Source of the DNA: a virus
Direction: 5' to 3' (one strand)
IMG/VR virus record: IMGVR_UViG_3300030320_000049
Length of the DNA stretch: 64,000 bases
Part shown: piece after piece, positions 61,873 to 64,000 of the stretch
Numbering within the stretch: the first letter of the stretch is position 1
Layout: every line of letters starts with the position of its first letter
Translations under genes and position numbers: made by a program
Notes under the pieces: model-generated
The model's input: only the letters and a program-made list of their open reading frames with translations
Database searches by the model: none
What the model was told of the DNA's origin: nothing

Positions 61873-62235
61873 CTACTTCACCTCTTCCATCTGACTTTCT
61901 ACGGTATCTGCAAGTAACAACATTGATTCAATAACTTTATCTGTTAATGACATTCTATATTTATTGTCAGCAAAATACTTAACGTGAGCTATTGCTTCCT
62001 TAATTTTTTCTTCGCACGCAACAATTTCGGATGCTTCATACAAGGGTTTATCATCACTGTAATAAGTTACATTTTTGTCATCGTAAAATTTTAACATATT
62101 CGGAATCGGAATATTCAGTGCATTTAAATGATTTTCTCCTATCCACTTAAATCCCTGTAATTTTGCCACTTTCAAAACGCTTAAATACTCTTCCTGTGTC
62201 TTTACAAACACGCTTTTTCCTGTTAAATTAATCAT
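61873..62235 (-). CDS. hypothetical protein (120 aa)
   Basis: Start MINLTGKS with RBS caggaggaaatt. Confidence 0.55.
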   Translation of the reverse strand: MINLTGKSVFVKTQEEYLSVLKVAKLQGFKWIGENHLNALNIPIPNMLKFYDDKNVTYYSDDKPLYEASEIVACEEKIKEAIAHVKYFADNKYRMSLTDKVIESMLLLADTVESQMEEVK

Positions 62236-62506
62236 CAGAATTTCCTCCTGTAATCGCATCAATGCAATCGTTCCAACCAATCTTGTAACTAGGCATCTTA
62301 CAATTGCTTTGAAAATACTCTCTTCCGTACACTCCTGTTAATTTCATTTTCTCCGGCACTGGCTTCAATGGACACCAATCTGGTCTAATGCTCAAATCTG
62401 TAATATCTCTTCTATTCGCTCTACAGAATGGGTGAAGTATTCCGCTGCGTAAAGCACATGAAGCACAATATTTTGGTGTGTCCATCACTAATACTGATTT
62501 ACTCAT
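62228..62506 (-). CDS. hypothetical Cys-rich protein (92 aa)
   Basis: Track ORF. Confidence 0.55.
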   Translation of the reverse strand: MSKSVLVMDTPKYCASCALRSGILHPFCRANRRDITDLSIRPDWCPLKPVPEKMKLTGVYGREYFQSNCKMPSYKIGWNDCIDAITGGNSDD

Positions 62507-62657
62507 TTTCTTCTACCTCTTTTCTGCAAGAATGCTCCATATTGCGAAAGACTAATGATAGTATCTTTTTCTCTTGTAGCCAGTCCATACCCAAGTCTTC
62601 CATTTTTTTATTTTCCTCTTTCGTAAACATGGTTGAAATGTCCTTGCCTTTACTCAT
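62499..62657 (-). CDS. small hypothetical protein (52 aa)
   Basis: Start MSKGKDIS with RBS caggaggaatc. Confidence 0.45.
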   Translation of the reverse strand: MSKGKDISTMFTKEENKKMEDLGMDWLQEKKILSLVFRNMEHSCRKEVEENE

Positions 62658-63078
62658 CTGATTCCTCCTGTAATAATTCTGGGTTGTCAAACACGTTTCC
62701 GGCAGTTTCAATCTTTCTGTGCCAATATCCAAGTTCTTTTCTGTAAAATGTCTCTTCTGGAAAATCAACATAAAATCCAAAATTATAGCTTCCGTAATCA
62801 AAACTCGAACAATACATTCCAAATTTTACCGGGGCATATTCTCCGTTATGATTAACAATATCGTTCTCCCAAATTTTCTTCCCGTTCTTGTCGGTCAGAC
62901 CTGTGAACTGACAGAGGGTTTCTATATCAATTATATTGGTATATACTGTAAACAGATCTGAATCCTTCCGATAAAAAATAATGTCCTTCCCCCCTATGTG
63001 ATATTGATCTCTTAGGTAATATCCCTCAACCCATTTTCCATCATAAACGCTCTTTGCCTTGAAAAGAATTTCTCTCAT
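62650..63078 (-). CDS. YopX-family protein
   Basis: MREILFKAKSVYDGKWVEGYY...FTGLTDKNGKKIWENDIV...GNVFDNPELL. Confidence 0.75.
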   Translation of the reverse strand: MREILFKAKSVYDGKWVEGYYLRDQYHIGGKDIIFYRKDSDLFTVYTNIIDIETLCQFTGLTDKNGKKIWENDIVNHNGEYAPVKFGMYCSSFDYGSYNFGFYVDFPEETFYRKELGYWHRKIETAGNVFDNPELLQEESDE

Positions 63079-63079
63079 A

Positions 63080-63694
63080 TCACACCTCCTTCGGTTTTTC
63101 GCACCGCTCAAACTCGATCACCCAGACCCACGGGTTCGCATTCCAGCCGTAGCGATCAAGGTCTGATTTCTTAATGGTGGAATCCCAAATTTTAGCGAAT
63201 CTTTCTATCGCTGTACGCCACATTTTTTCTTCCCAACCAACGTTTTTTCCATTCTTCCAATTTGCTCCCTCTGCTTTTGCGCCATCTTCTGTGATATTCT
63301 GTAACCGCTCCACGCTCACATTCGTAACCTTCAGCCAGATACGAGCAGCTTTTTTCGGCATGTGGATTGATGGTTTCCAAGGCTCGCCCGCATCTTCTGA
63401 ATTTTCCACGCTTGCCTTGTAGCCGTAAAACTCTGCCAAGTGACAGTTTTGTCCTTCTCCTACACGCTTTATGTATTTATGCCATGTTTCTCTCACATAA
63501 ATGATATCGCCCGGCTGATATGGTGGTGTAATTTTTCCTTGATTTCCGTCTGTATCATATATATACAGCGGTTCTTCGCTTACTTCAAAATATCCTTCCG
63601 GTTGCGGTTTTACAATTCTTCTGGTGCAGCTTTTTCTTCCGTCCAGAATCGCTCGAACCATTTCAGTATTGAATAAAATCCCTTTAACGGCCAT
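63080..63694 (-). CDS. ASCH-domain-like protein
   Basis: ILFNTEMVRAILDGRKSCTRR...YQPGDIIYVRETW...IWLKVTNVSVERLQNITEDGAKAEG. Confidence 0.65.
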   Translation of the reverse strand: MAVKGILFNTEMVRAILDGRKSCTRRIVKPQPEGYFEVSEEPLYIYDTDGNQGKITPPYQPGDIIYVRETWHKYIKRVGEGQNCHLAEFYGYKASVENSEDAGEPWKPSIHMPKKAARIWLKVTNVSVERLQNITEDGAKAEGANWKNGKNVGWEEKMWRTAIERFAKIWDSTIKKSDLDRYGWNANPWVWVIEFERCEKPKEV

Positions 63695-63929
63695 CTACAC
63701 CACCACCTTTCACGATTTCTATCGCCCTGCTCAGTCCAGCATTGTATCCTTGATGCACATCGGATAAGATACATTCTGATTCAATGAATTTGTCTCTTTT
63801 CAATTCGCCAATAACCTTATTCACATCAAAAGCTGTCGACTGTTCGTCAATCTTTTCAAGAATCTCTAAATCATCAGAATATGCACAATGTATCGCATAC
63901 TTCAATTTATCTGCATCAATCAACCTCAT
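63684..63929 (-). CDS. hypothetical protein (81 aa)
   Basis: Start MRLIDADK with RBS ggaggagtg, inside track ORF 63684..63971. Confidence 0.5.
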   Translation of the reverse strand: MRLIDADKLKYAIHCAYSDDLEILEKIDEQSTAFDVNKVIGELKRDKFIESECILSDVHQGYNAGLSRAIEIVKGGGVDGR

Positions 63930-64000
63930 AATCTTCACACTCCTCCGCATATTCATAACTGTCCATCGCACCGCATCTGCACTGGCACGAATCCTGCTTA
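63916..64000 (-). CDS. 3' end of a Cys-rich ORF entering from the right edge
   Basis: Own translation ...KQDSCQCRCGAMDSYEYAEECEDYEVD*. Confidence 0.35.
   Translation of the reverse strand, partial: KQDSCQCRCGAMDSYEYAEECEDYEVD

Noticed and set aside
1-64000. Diversity-generating retroelement, retron, CRISPR-Cas or a toxin-antitoxin cassette as the hidden system.
   Set aside because: I recognised no reverse transcriptase, Cas protein, spacer array or obvious toxin domain in any frame. The tail-fibre variability seems recombinase-based rather than RT-based.

Overview
Low-GC segment, coded almost entirely on the minus strand, of a temperate siphovirus-type phage of a Bacillota (Clostridia-like) host. 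It appears to be in the excised (attP) form. All calls come from reading the sequence and from remembered family signatures; no searches were run.

Gene order, right to left on the minus strand:
- 63.9-57.7 kb: early and replication genes (ASCH, YopX, DUF4317-like, replisome organizer, G39P-like loader).
- 56.2-57.6 kb: tyrosine integrase next to an attP-like site built on a tRNA 3' fragment.
- 51.1-55.4 kb: a plus-strand J-domain operon with its own HTH/operator switch, followed by about 1 kb of noncoding DNA carrying a consensus promoter.
- 48.9-50.4 kb: terS and a frameshifted HNH gene.
- 40.3-47.5 kb: an RNA-repair/tRNA island holding RtcB, a TROVE-like vWA protein, 4 tRNAs, several non-canonical tRNA-like RNAs and about 15 tiny Cys-rich ORFs.
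- 34.3-40.2 kb: terL, portal, scaffold and capsid.
- 30.2-33.6 kb: a 7-gene island of low-complexity/Cys-rich proteins with XhlA-like and sigma-r4-like genes.
- 20.5-30.1 kb: head-tail and tail genes, including a 2004-aa tape measure.
- 14.3-20.4 kb: a 6-kb moron island (Ltp-like lipoprotein, Big_2 protein, Rha and AntA antirepressors).
- 8.3-14.3 kb: distal tail genes, including a 1306-aa host-specificity protein.
- 6.4-8.3 kb: a putative invertible tail-fibre tip beside a frameshifted XerC/D-like recombinase.
- 1-6.3 kb: endolysin, an orphan LytTR response regulator, a CI/Cro-type switch with five operator-like sites, a Bro-N/KilAC antirepressor, and a repeat-containing DUF7666-like gene that runs off the left edge.

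The two strongest leads are the RtcB / TROVE-like / tRNA-like RNA island and the recombinase-linked tail-fibre tip cassette.
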